Positions 52,359 through 61,221 of a stretch of 64,000 bases of DNA are shown piece by piece. A model generated the notes under the pieces. That model made no database searches and had not been told where the DNA came from. It saw only the letters and a list, made by a program, of their open reading frames with translations. How positions within the stretch are numbered: position 1 is the stretch's first letter; the number at the start of each line of letters is the position of its first letter. The position numbers and the translations under genes were made by a program. Source of the DNA: Lachnospiraceae bacterium (GTDB taxonomy: Bacteria; Bacillota; Clostridia; Lachnospirales; Lachnospiraceae); assembly GCA_024698345.1 (NCBI GenBank), contig JAILRH010000187.1:443-64442 (forward strand). The letters run 5' to 3'.

Positions 52359-52465
52359 CCTAGCATAAGATAATTGCTAGGGTGGTATTTTGACAGATAT
52401 GATAAGTCTGTCGGTAGTTTTTATATAAGCATAATTACAAGCAGCTTTTATAAGCTGTTTTTTTT
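52359..52465 (+). promoter_or_regulatory. structured 5' leader with three hairpins ending in a terminator (copy B)
   Basis: H1 CCTAGCA/TGCTAGG 52359-52381; H2 GACAGA(T)/(G)TCTGTC 52392-52412; H3 CAGCTT/AAGCTG 52440-52459 plus T-run to 52465; then ATGCC, A-run, SD, ATG 52493. Confidence 0.6.
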
Positions 52466-52492
52466 ATGCCAAAAAAGAAGGGAGGAAGCTAT

Positions 52493-53299
52493 ATGATCAT
52501 TATCTATGGCAATGAACCATACTGTATTGACAAACATGTTACAAAACTAAAAGAACAGTATGATTCAAAGGTTTTCGATGAAATAAATGAATCGGAAATC
52601 ACTACATTTTTATGTAGTATTAGTTTTTTTGAAACTAAACCAAAGGCTGCTGTATACAACTTAATTGACAAAAAAGATGTTACCAAATTAAAACCGATTA
52701 CCGGCTTAAATGTGATTGTGTACTATTATGGTGCGTGCGCAGAGATAAAAAAGTTTGCAGAGAAAAATGAGGTCGAAGTATTTCTTTATGAAAAGTATAA
52801 TATGAGGCAATTATACAAATTTATCAATAATCGTATAAAAGCGGATGAACAGACAATAGGTTTGTTTGTTGAGCGAATAGGTTATCTTAATGATAAAGAT
52901 GTTAGTTTGTATGATATTGTTACTAACTGTGAAATATTAAGCTCGTTAGAAGATGTAAGCAAATCAGCGATTGCATCATTATATGGTGAAACTGTTGAAA
53001 GTAAAGTTTTTGCTATTGCAGGCATGTTGGAAAAAAATAATTCTTTAGCTCTAAGTTATGCTAGTAATTGTCCTGCAGGAGAAGAACTTGCATACCTGGG
53101 TGCGCTCCAACGCTACTATAGAGTTGGCTGGAAAAAGAATTATTTACATGATGTCGGAAACGGATATAAAGTTAATCCGGAGAGGGCTAAAACCTGTTTA
53201 AATATATTGAACTCAAGGTGGGATGATATAGTAAACGGTAAATTGACTGCAAAACTGGCTTTAGTTTGTGCTATCAAGGAGGTGTTGGCTCTTGGTTAG
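52493..53299 (+). CDS. holA: DNA polymerase III delta-like clamp-loader subunit
   Basis: MIIIYGNEPYCIDKH (cf. YLLLGNDPLLLQES); FAIAGMLEKNNSLALSY...GEELAYLGALQRYYR (cf. delta domain III F.L.DA...G....AL..L..L...GE.P..LL..L.R). Shorter than E. coli delta. Confidence 0.55.
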   Translation: MIIIYGNEPYCIDKHVTKLKEQYDSKVFDEINESEITTFLCSISFFETKPKAAVYNLIDKKDVTKLKPITGLNVIVYYYGACAEIKKFAEKNEVEVFLYEKYNMRQLYKFINNRIKADEQTIGLFVERIGYLNDKDVSLYDIVTNCEILSSLEDVSKSAIASLYGETVESKVFAIAGMLEKNNSLALSYASNCPAGEELAYLGALQRYYRVGWKKNYLHDVGNGYKVNPERAKTCLNILNSRWDDIVNGKLTAKLALVCAIKEVLALG

Positions 53300-53357
53300 G
53301 TATTATCTTGATAATAGCATTGTTAAGGATGAATTTAAAAAAATGCGTGAAAAGAAA

Positions 53358-53385
53358 ATCGATAAGCAGAGTCCTGCTTATCGAT
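53358..53385 (+). terminator. 12-bp stem-loop, probable terminator with interrupted U-tract
   Basis: ATCGATAAGCAG AGTC CTGCTTATCGAT followed by TTAGTCTTTTTA. Confidence 0.45.
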
Positions 53386-53573
53386 TTAGTCTTTTTATGG
53401 CATCAGAAAATCCAACAGATTTCTCATTAGAGGAGCTGTTGGATTTTTATTATCACTGTCCCTGACTATAGCTCGCAGTATATGCGTCTTGAATTTGTAG
53501 AATTATCAAAGAAACTTAATAAAGCAGATTCAGCAATTTCAAGACAGGTTTGGTTTTAGAAAAGGAGGAAGAT

Positions 53574-54257
53574 ATGGGTGATATATTAGATATCCATATT
53601 GATTTATCAAAATGTGATGAGGCTAAGGTTAGTTTTTTGGAAGGAGAGCTTTATAGTTCAAAAATAGTTGATTACAATACTTTAGCTAAGTTTATTAACA
53701 AAATATCAAAGACTGAAACAAAAATAGGTTATTCGATTCCCAACAATTGTGTTTCTTTAATTAATGAAAACGATAACGTAGAAGTTACCGTTTACAAAGA
53801 AGCATGTATACTTCCTGTTGTTATGTATGACGGTTCGGCGTATTTAGTGCCTTATCCTAAATTGATATTCAACATTAGCATAAATTTAGAAGATAGGGTG
53901 ATGAATAGCTGTAAATGTTTTGCAATCAAAGATTCTGCCGATCCTTATGATTTGGATGAGGAATTGTATCTGTTTCCGTATTCAAATGTGGGTGGTAATG
54001 GTGATGTTTGTTTTGGTAGCAATGCGACCAATGATTTACAAGGCTCGATACGAGAGATTGTTGGATATTTGTTGGATTTGTTTTATAGTGCACCATATAA
54101 CGGCGACTACTACAATATGTCTAGAACAGGATATCTTATTGGTTCTTTGCCTGAGCTTTTTAAAAAGCTGAATGGGCACGAGTCATTTGATGATAAGATG
54201 CTAGTATCTACTAATAAACAAATCGGTGAAGTGTTTGATATTAAAAACTTATATTAA
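53574..54257 (+). CDS. prokaryotic E2-like (UBC-fold) protein candidate
   Basis: ATG 53574 follows AAGGAGGA. LFPYSNVGGNGDVCFGS resembles the E2 HPN-x-C active-site loop (Cys codon 54009-54011). Operon partner of JAB and E1-like genes. Confidence 0.5.
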   Translation: MGDILDIHIDLSKCDEAKVSFLEGELYSSKIVDYNTLAKFINKISKTETKIGYSIPNNCVSLINENDNVEVTVYKEACILPVVMYDGSAYLVPYPKLIFNISINLEDRVMNSCKCFAIKDSADPYDLDEELYLFPYSNVGGNGDVCFGSNATNDLQGSIREIVGYLLDLFYSAPYNGDYYNMSRTGYLIGSLPELFKKLNGHESFDDKMLVSTNKQIGEVFDIKNLY

Positions 54258-54273
54258 ATTATAAAAATAAAAA

Positions 54274-54306
54274 GGAGGAAGATGCTATTTAGCATCGATA
54301 TGAATT
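54274..54306 (+). promoter_or_regulatory. SD-hairpin-AUG translation-initiation element (5 of 6)
   Basis: GGAGG 54274-54278, 2 nt, stem GATGCT/AGCATC 54281-54296 (loop ATTT), 10 nt, ATG 54307. Confidence 0.5.
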
Positions 54307-56109
54307 ATGAGTGAAATGAATGAAGTATTTGATTTTGGTGGAATGTTTGGATTTGATACAGATAATGTTCCTACAGCAAAAAAACCAGAAAAGAAGAAAG
54401 AAGCTAACAAAACAGAGAAAAAAGAAAAAAAGAGCTCTAAGACTGCTAAGAAAGAAGAAGAAAAGTTTTCTTTGCCTGTTACTGTTTATTGTGAATGGGG
54501 TGAAGAAATTGTCATTGAGGGTGCATCTGATGAAAGTATTACTTTAAGTGCACTGTCAAAGAAAGTTACTAAATTTCCTTGTGAAGTGGTACATAAAAAT
54601 GATTTCTTTGTTGCTGTTCCCAAAAGTTCTTCAATAGAAAATTTGGAAAATGTAGAGGGAGATGTTCTTATTATGGGACAGTTAATTAAAGTTTCTAAAG
54701 GAACGCTCGAAGATACAATCAAAGAATTGCTTGCTGAGTATCCTGAATTGGAAGAGGTTAAATGTTACAAGTCGGGAAAATCCTATCGTTTAAAACACGA
54801 TACTAGTGCAACAGCTGCTTGGAATGTGAAACTCCCAGTTGGTACAAAGGTAGGTTTATTAGGAACTGATTATATGGTAATGGATGGTGACGAAAATACT
54901 GAGTATACTTTGAAGGAAATCGCTACAAAGTACGTCGAAAAGTGTCCTTGGCTCAAATCTTTGGACTTGTGTTGGAAAGTAATTGATAAGGGATCAGATA
55001 AATATGCAATTGCATATTTAGTAGAAAATAAATCTACTGAAAAACTTATTGTAAAGCTTCCATGTGATATACGCTTTATACATGATGCAGGACCTTTAAG
55101 TGGTGGTTTAACGTCAGATATGTTTGGCGGGAAAGAATATGTAGAAACAAATGAAATATTAAAAGTAGTATCCAAATATTTCCCTGGTATATATCAGGAG
55201 AAGAATACTAATATCACTTATGTGGCAGAAGTAAATACCGTATGCGTGGTGCATATGGGACGAGCAAAAGGTTGTGTACTTGAAGTATCGACCTATGCCG
55301 GAAAGTTCAAAATAGATGAAGATGGTTTGGAGTATAAAAGATTGATTAAGAAGATTCCTCAGGGGTTTTTGTATGATATCATAAATTATTTCAAATCCAT
55401 GATGCCTAATGAAGCTATTGTACAAATTGCTTATGATAAAGAACGAGATAAATATAGAATTATCTATCCTGAAGCTAAAGTAATGCGGGCAAGAGTGGAA
55501 TGGGATGATACAGATATGCTTTTATCATTAAACAAAAATGAGGCGGTTGTGTGTGAAATTCATTCGCATAACAGTATGCCGGCTTTCTTCAGTCTTGTTG
55601 ATGATTACGATGAAGTGTCGCCTTTAATATACGGTGTCATAGGTAAGCTTGATTGTAAATATCCATCTATGGCTTTTAGGGCTGGGTTTAACAATAAGTT
55701 TGAGCAACTGGATGTTTTTGATATTTTTGAATTAGAAGATTTTGGGAATGTTTTTAAAAATACATCAGGAGCACTGTGTACTGTGCTTTGTTCCAACAAG
55801 AATCATAAATTAATATTCAATACTAAACAAGGTGCATTTTATTTAATACATGGGCCATTTGAATTGAGAGACGGAACTATTGAGTGGGCTCATAGCAGTT
55901 ATCTTGGCGAGAATATGATGGCTATAGATTTTTATAATTTATATAGTGAGTATTTTGTGCCAGATAACAGAGAATGTGTATCCATAATCGAAGTATTGAA
56001 AAAAGATGTATCTTTAAACGGTAAGTCCAAAGAAGATATCATAAGTGATTATTATGAAGAGAACTATGTATTGACTTCTGAAAATCATTCAAATACATAT
56101 TTCGTTTAA
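54307..56109 (+). CDS. JAB/JAMM metalloprotease-domain protein with long N-terminal region (600 aa)
   Basis: Exact JAMM signature EIHSHNSMPAFFSLVDD (H-x-H-x7-S-xx-D; His codons 55561-55569, Asp 55600-55602). Lys-rich N-terminus; two possible beta-grasp-like segments. Confidence 0.7.
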   Translation: MSEMNEVFDFGGMFGFDTDNVPTAKKPEKKKEANKTEKKEKKSSKTAKKEEEKFSLPVTVYCEWGEEIVIEGASDESITLSALSKKVTKFPCEVVHKNDFFVAVPKSSSIENLENVEGDVLIMGQLIKVSKGTLEDTIKELLAEYPELEEVKCYKSGKSYRLKHDTSATAAWNVKLPVGTKVGLLGTDYMVMDGDENTEYTLKEIATKYVEKCPWLKSLDLCWKVIDKGSDKYAIAYLVENKSTEKLIVKLPCDIRFIHDAGPLSGGLTSDMFGGKEYVETNEILKVVSKYFPGIYQEKNTNITYVAEVNTVCVVHMGRAKGCVLEVSTYAGKFKIDEDGLEYKRLIKKIPQGFLYDIINYFKSMMPNEAIVQIAYDKERDKYRIIYPEAKVMRARVEWDDTDMLLSLNKNEAVVCEIHSHNSMPAFFSLVDDYDEVSPLIYGVIGKLDCKYPSMAFRAGFNNKFEQLDVFDIFELEDFGNVFKNTSGALCTVLCSNKNHKLIFNTKQGAFYLIHGPFELRDGTIEWAHSSYLGENMMAIDFYNLYSEYFVPDNRECVSIIEVLKKDVSLNGKSKEDIISDYYEENYVLTSENHSNTYFV

Positions 56110-56115
56110 TAGAAA

Positions 56116-56154
56116 GGAGGATGAGAGCTGCGTTTTGCGGCTCTCTATATTTAT
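56116..56154 (+). promoter_or_regulatory. SD-hairpin-AUG translation-initiation element (6 of 6)
   Basis: GGAGG 56116-56120, 2 nt, stem GAGAGCTGC/GCGGCTCTC 56123-56145 (loop GTTTT, one G-U), 9 nt, ATG 56155. Confidence 0.55.
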
Positions 56155-56901
56155 ATGAATAAAATGATTAATGGAAAAACCAAGAGTGAAATAATGAAAG
56201 AACTAGCAGCGCCTTTTAATAGTTCTGATATACAGCCAACACATGATGGTTTTCAATGTGTTTCTATCCAAAAAATATTGGATAGGCTTGATCAAGTTAT
56301 TGGTTGTCTGAATTATAGTATAGAAACTATAGCAACGGAGATTACTGATAGAGTAATATATAAAACTGTCAGAATTACAATATATTATGATGATGGTAGT
56401 ATTTGTTGTTGTAAAGATGGTGATGGCGGTTCAATGTTCATTTTTCAAAAAACTGGGGAAGAAAATGATGAAAAGGATGTTAAAACACCTGGTAATACTA
56501 ACGCATCTGCTTGTAGTGAAGCTATAAAGCAAGCTGCAAGAAAATTAAGAATTGGAGTTGATGTGTATAACAATAATTGTTTAATCGGTGATGCTATGGG
56601 CGATAGAGAAATTCTCCCTGGAAGAAAAGTGACGGGGCAGGTTGAGGAGTTTAAGATAAGCTTTCTGTCCGATTTCACGAGGTGTGGTGGCGCATATCAA
56701 GCAAAGGTCAAGACGCAAGATGGAGAAGCTTGTACGCTTCATATTTGGCATGAAGATATTGAGCGATTGCGTAATATGGGGCTTCTAGGCGATTTGGCTG
56801 AACGTGCAAAAACTTTATCAAAAGCAAAGTTGAGAGGCGTCTACAAGATTTATGAAGATAGATATCCACAAATCATTTTTAAGGAGGTTGCACATGAATG
56901 A
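56155..56901 (+). CDS. Rad52/Sak-type single-strand annealing protein candidate
   Basis: ELAAPFNSSDIQPT...CVSIQKILDRLDQVIGCLNYS and ASACSEAIKQAARKLRIGVDVYN match my recollection of Rad52_Rad22-family bacterial/phage SSAPs (L..PF....I..R...Y.....V..RLN.V.G...W; A.SDALKR.A..FGIG..LY). Confidence 0.45.
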   Translation: MNKMINGKTKSEIMKELAAPFNSSDIQPTHDGFQCVSIQKILDRLDQVIGCLNYSIETIATEITDRVIYKTVRITIYYDDGSICCCKDGDGGSMFIFQKTGEENDEKDVKTPGNTNASACSEAIKQAARKLRIGVDVYNNNCLIGDAMGDREILPGRKVTGQVEEFKISFLSDFTRCGGAYQAKVKTQDGEACTLHIWHEDIERLRNMGLLGDLAERAKTLSKAKLRGVYKIYEDRYPQIIFKEVAHE

Positions 56902-57247
56902 TAGTATTGAATTAAAACATGCTATAAATGAAGTGTGTTATTATACAAAAAAACTGTATGAATTAAAAAATGACATGCAGTTAGGTGTCATTCCTGATGA
57001 AGAATACATTGAAACAATAGTTTCAAACTTGGATGATGCTGAAAGTAGACGATTATCACTTTTAACTGACAGCGATAATAAGAGTAATTCATTTACCGAC
57101 AATATAATATTCAAAGATAATGGTGAACTTATTGACGGAGTGGTTGTTGGACCTGTTAATGGAGCTTTGGATTTTGTTGCTGAACAGTCTGCAAGTGATG
57201 ATTTATATATGCGAGAGATGGCAGCTTTTGTTGCCATCTCATTATGA
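56894..57247 (+). CDS. hypothetical protein (117 aa)
   Basis: ATG 56894 follows AAGGAGG and overlaps the upstream stop. Confidence 0.5.
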   Translation: MNDSIELKHAINEVCYYTKKLYELKNDMQLGVIPDEEYIETIVSNLDDAESRRLSLLTDSDNKSNSFTDNIIFKDNGELIDGVVVGPVNGALDFVAEQSASDDLYMREMAAFVAISL

Positions 57248-58311
57248 TTGACTTTAAACTGTACCCTATATTGTTCACAAAAAGGACTTTAGGGTGCAGT
57301 TCTTTTGATTGTGATGGCTATTCATGTTCTAATGTTGCATCGGCGGCCAGACTAAAAGTTATCAATACTGTTTTGCAAAGGCTGTTAAAAAATAATTATT
57401 ATAACAGTCGAACTCGCAAATCAATATTTAAAGACATTGTTCTTAAGAATGGTGTATTAAAAATCAATCACGTAACTGCTTCTAGTTTAAATAAAAAAAG
57501 CCCTGAAGATGCTATTGAGCTTTACAATTTTGATGTTATTAATAATTTCTTTTTTAACACATACAATAGGAAATCATATTGGAAAAATACTATTGATGAT
57601 GGAGAAGATATTGTTGTGGCATCATATGAGTTATATATGTCGCTAAATGCATTATGCGAATGTGGAAAATACCAGTTTCTTTTGTCAGGTATTGATTTGT
57701 TAATGATGGATGGTGATATATATCAGCATGTTTTAGATGATGATTGGGATTCCTTTTGTAATGAAATAGTAGAGTACAGTATCGATAATTCCAAACAAAA
57801 TATATCAACAGATGAATGTCTAGAATTTCTACAGAGTGATATTCAATTATATGATACGTTTTGTGATTTGCATAAGGAAATGAGCTCAAGCAATATAATT
57901 TCATTTGCTTATGAAGGGATTATTCCGTATATGATAGCTAATTATCAATCTTTCAATGATACATTGTACATTTACGAGACATATGAATGTGAAATCATAA
58001 ATGATTACAAAGAGTTTAAATTATCGTTGTTAGACAATTTAAATGATGAATTAATTGATAGAGCTGATTATCTTATATCGTTACACCCTTCTAAGTTTGC
58101 TTTTTTTCACGAATTATTGAATTATGACTATGGAGAATGTGACATTGCCAATTACGAATATATGCCATTAATGCTTGGTTTGTATATGGTGGAAGTAGAC
58201 GAAGTTATGAGAAGGCTTAATGATAAATATAGTTTTTCAAGGCAACAACCTGAATTAGTTGACGGTTCTTGTTTTTATGAAAGAAAAAGGAGGAACTACA
58301 AAAATGATTAA
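57244..58311 (+). CDS. hypothetical Tyr/Asp/Cys-rich protein (355 aa)
   Basis: ORF overlapping its neighbours by a few nt (translational coupling). Confidence 0.55.
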   Translation: MIDFKLYPILFTKRTLGCSSFDCDGYSCSNVASAARLKVINTVLQRLLKNNYYNSRTRKSIFKDIVLKNGVLKINHVTASSLNKKSPEDAIELYNFDVINNFFFNTYNRKSYWKNTIDDGEDIVVASYELYMSLNALCECGKYQFLLSGIDLLMMDGDIYQHVLDDDWDSFCNEIVEYSIDNSKQNISTDECLEFLQSDIQLYDTFCDLHKEMSSSNIISFAYEGIIPYMIANYQSFNDTLYIYETYECEIINDYKEFKLSLLDNLNDELIDRADYLISLHPSKFAFFHELLNYDYGECDIANYEYMPLMLGLYMVEVDEVMRRLNDKYSFSRQQPELVDGSCFYERKRRNYKND

Positions 58312-59032
58312 TTATAATATTGTTTGTGTAGGATGTGGAGGAACTGGTAGCGCTTTTTTACAAAAATTAGCTCGCTATCAGGCATCCAGTAAAGAAATAA
58401 TAAATGTTGCCGTTATTGATGGTGATATAGTAGAACAGAAGAACTTAATACGTCAGAATTTTTTCTCTGGCGATATTAGAAAGAAAAAGGCAAATTGCAT
58501 TATCGATCTTGCGTCTTGTTCTTATGGTGTCAATTGGTTTTCATACCCGGACTATCTTGTTGATTCAAAACAAATTGCTGAGATATTTAATTCAATGGTA
58601 TCAAATAACAATATGAATATAAATATGCTAGTAGGGTGTGTTGATAACCATAATGCTAGAAGAGTGATGGAGTCCTGGTTCGAAAAACAAAATAATTGTT
58701 TTTATATTGATTCTGCCAATGACGAATATGATGGTGAAGTTATTGTATCATGCATGGCTAATTCACAGGAAGTTTCTCCTAGGAGAAGTTTTTATTTTCC
58801 TGATGTGCTTACTGATGAAACACCATCTGTGGTTGAATTAAGCTGCGAGCAAAGAAATATTTCATCGCCACAACATCAGACAACCAATGACATGGCCGGT
58901 AATATTATTTTATCGGTAGTATCTCAAATTATAAATAGAAATGTTCCTACAGGAATGATTCTATTTGATTCTAAAGAGTTTATCTGTAAAAGATTGGCTT
59001 TTTCCGATGGAAAGTTGGTGGTTGATCCATGA
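58304..59032 (+). CDS. ThiF/MoeB/E1-like adenylyltransferase
   Basis: ATG 58304 follows AAGGAGGA. Rossmann VCVGCGGTGS, DGDIVEQKNLIRQNF (Arg finger), GCVDNHNARR. Confidence 0.75.
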   Translation: MINYNIVCVGCGGTGSAFLQKLARYQASSKEIINVAVIDGDIVEQKNLIRQNFFSGDIRKKKANCIIDLASCSYGVNWFSYPDYLVDSKQIAEIFNSMVSNNNMNINMLVGCVDNHNARRVMESWFEKQNNCFYIDSANDEYDGEVIVSCMANSQEVSPRRSFYFPDVLTDETPSVVELSCEQRNISSPQHQTTNDMAGNIILSVVSQIINRNVPTGMILFDSKEFICKRLAFSDGKLVVDP

Positions 59033-59883
59033 TGAGCATTGATGAAAAAATCCAAAAACTTAAACAGGTGCTGACATGTATAAAAGATAGAGATATTGGA
59101 GAGGAATGTGATTGTATTAATGATGACTACTATATTTCTGAAAATAAGAGCGTTGCATTTAAATACAAGTTTGTTGTTTATTTATTAAACTACTTAGAAA
59201 TATTTCCATTTAAACTGAATTATGAAACAGAATGTATGTTTGATGAATACTATATGCATGCTAAATTTGATTCATTAATTTCTGACCTGTTTAAAAATCT
59301 TATAGCTTGGAAATTGGCTGATATTGGTCAGGATGTTTATGATTGTGTAACAAGTTATCTCGATACTAATAGCATTAAGAAGTTTGATTTTTCTACCTTG
59401 CATTCAGTATTAAATGATAAAAGTAATGCTGATTATACAATCGCCGTTGGTATAAAAAAGATAATTAGTGAAGAAATTGGCTACTATTTTGGTTCAACGA
59501 GCGATGAAGTGGAAAAGCTTTTTGCTAGAACCGGAGATTATTATATAAATGGAGATTATGGAGAATTTTTTGCGTGCAATATTTATGCGTGCCATAAATA
59601 TAAAGAAATGGTAGAAAAAGGATATATTGATGAAAGTTTTCTTATGCTGGAGTATCCAGTTTATTATTATCCTTATGATATGTCGCCTGTATGGAATAAA
59701 GATATGGGTATAGGCGGATATATGACGGGTTATTCGGACAACTTCATGAGCCATGTCTTGAGTCATGAATATGTATCTGTTAAATTTCTACTGTCTTTAT
59801 TGTACGTTGAATTAGTATACAGAAAGCATTATTTACAAGATGAAGTGAAATATTACAAGCAAGGAGATTTTTCTTATAAGTAA
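59029..59883 (+). CDS. hypothetical Tyr-rich protein (284 aa)
   Basis: ATGA overlap with the E1-like gene. Confidence 0.55.
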   Translation: MMSIDEKIQKLKQVLTCIKDRDIGEECDCINDDYYISENKSVAFKYKFVVYLLNYLEIFPFKLNYETECMFDEYYMHAKFDSLISDLFKNLIAWKLADIGQDVYDCVTSYLDTNSIKKFDFSTLHSVLNDKSNADYTIAVGIKKIISEEIGYYFGSTSDEVEKLFARTGDYYINGDYGEFFACNIYACHKYKEMVEKGYIDESFLMLEYPVYYYPYDMSPVWNKDMGIGGYMTGYSDNFMSHVLSHEYVSVKFLLSLLYVELVYRKHYLQDEVKYYKQGDFSYK

Positions 59884-60013
59884 TTTTAGATATTTTCAAT
59901 AATATATGTTACAATATCCTTACCAGGAAGGATTTCTCTTTTGAGATAAATAGAGAAGTCTTTCTTGGCTCCTCTAAGCTGGAATTATTATTACTAGTAT
60001 GGGAGGAGTCATA

Positions 60014-60262
60014 ATGAATATAACCGATTTACCTGCCGATTCGAAGGGTATTCCTTTTTCAAAACCTACTTTTTTTCTACCAATGAGGGAATACACAAAG
60101 ATAGTATCTGAGATAAATAATCTATATAAAGCTCGTTATAAAGGAAAGCGTATATGTACCCATATTTCATTTGGGATAGATGGAAATTCATATATTTATT
60201 GGTTCGAAAATCATGGATTCAATGAATATAATATTTATCTTAGAGTTTTTGATATGCACTAG
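60014..60262 (+). CDS. hypothetical protein (82 aa)
   Basis: ATG 60014 follows GGGAGGAG. Own promoter TGtTACAAT near 59908-59916, and a small hairpin+U leader at 59916-59942. Confidence 0.5.
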   Translation: MNITDLPADSKGIPFSKPTFFLPMREYTKIVSEINNLYKARYKGKRICTHISFGIDGNSYIYWFENHGFNEYNIYLRVFDMH

Positions 60263-60274
60263 GGAGGTGTTTTT

Positions 60275-60499
60275 ATGAAAGAGTTTGTACTAAAATTAGA
60301 AAATATATCTGATTCTTATTATGATTTTGTTGTTGCAGTATTAACTTATGTAAAGAAAAAAAGTGTACGCTATGATAAGGTGAATGATTATTTGGAAAAT
60401 AATCCCAATGCACTAACATCTGATGTGTTAGCTTTTATTTCTGAACAGGATGATTTTTACGAAGATGCTGCTTATGTAGAGCAACAACGTGTAGTTTGA
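60275..60499 (+). CDS. hypothetical acidic protein (74 aa)
   Basis: ORF with GGGAGG SD. Confidence 0.5.
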   Translation: MKEFVLKLENISDSYYDFVVAVLTYVKKKSVRYDKVNDYLENNPNALTSDVLAFISEQDDFYEDAAYVEQQRVV

Positions 60500-60504
60500 T
60501 TACT

Positions 60505-60537
60505 AAGGAGAATCTTTCGAGATTCTCCTTTTTTTTT
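60505..60537 (+). terminator. intrinsic terminator
   Basis: AAGGAGAATC TTTCGA GATTCTCCTT followed by a T-run. Confidence 0.8.
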
Positions 60538-60884
60538 ATGGAATTTAGGAACTAAATTGGGTATAATTATTTACGAAAAAAATTTTTACTTATAAATTCA
60601 TACTAATTAGTTTTAAAAAAACGAAGTGTGCATCAAACTATTTGTGTGATTTATTTTTTGCTATATAGCACATCACATACTATATATGTATTCGTTAAAG
60701 CGGTATTTCGCGAATAGTTGAATTTTTGATAGGTGTATACCTATCAAATTAGTACGCATACTGTCAATATGTACTTAGCTCTACTATTAGTACTTAAAAG
60801 AACTTACTTGTTGATATTTATTTAAATTTAATCAATATAATATTATAAAATGTAGTTGTATATGCCAGCATAGATGGTATAATA

Positions 60885-60972
60885 GTTATGTCGCCAACTT
60901 TAGCATCAACCCGCGAGAGTTCTTGGCGATATCTTGAAGACACCTTTAGGCTGAAGGTGTCTCTTTTCTTTT
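60885..60972 (+). ncRNA. candidate small RNA (about 80-90 nt)
   Basis: Promoter TTGTAT 60856-60861, 16 nt, TGgTATAAT 60875-60883. Hairpin TCGCCAA/TTGGCGA (60891-60929). Terminator AGACACCTT/AAGGTGTCT 60938-60962 plus CTTTTCTTTT. No ORF or SD. Confidence 0.4.
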
Positions 60973-61049
60973 CAGTTTCTATTATTTAGAAAAATCTCCA
61001 TAAACTCCTTCTTGGTTCCAGAATTACAATTCTACGATATAAATAACAA

Positions 61050-61195
61050 TTGATATGTGCTTAATTTTCGTCTATAATATACTTATACATTAGATCGTGT
61101 GTGCCTCAATTTTAACTCGGTTAATGTATTGATATTTTTATTTATTAACAGAACAACATTTTTATTTTATCGCACTAGCACAGGTGCGATTTTTT
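61050..61195 (+). promoter_or_regulatory. promoter plus leader with terminator-like attenuator ahead of the 61222 gene
   Basis: TTGATA 61050-61055, 17 nt, TATAAT 61073-61078. ATCGCAC/GTGCGAT hairpin 61169-61190 plus T5, 10 nt before AAGGAG. Confidence 0.5.
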
Positions 61196-61221
61196 GTTGT
61201 TATAAAGGAGATTATGTAAAT

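Noticed and set aside
53268-53465. 65-aa ORF after the HolA-like gene
   Set aside because: It has no SD, overlaps the end of the holA-like gene, and contains the 12-bp terminator-like hairpin (53358-53385).
54282-54314. Mini-ORFs starting 0-3 nt after the SD inside the SD-hairpin elements (4030-4041 MFI*, 54282-54314 MLFSIDMNYE*, 56121-56162 MRAAFCGSLYLYE*) as leader peptides
   Set aside because: They are present in only three of the six elements, the SD-to-ATG spacing is too short, and there is no conservation of peptide or length.
60014-60499. Two small adjacent genes (82 and 74 aa) as a toxin-antitoxin pair
   Set aside because: Only size and adjacency support this. No recognisable toxin or antitoxin motifs were seen.
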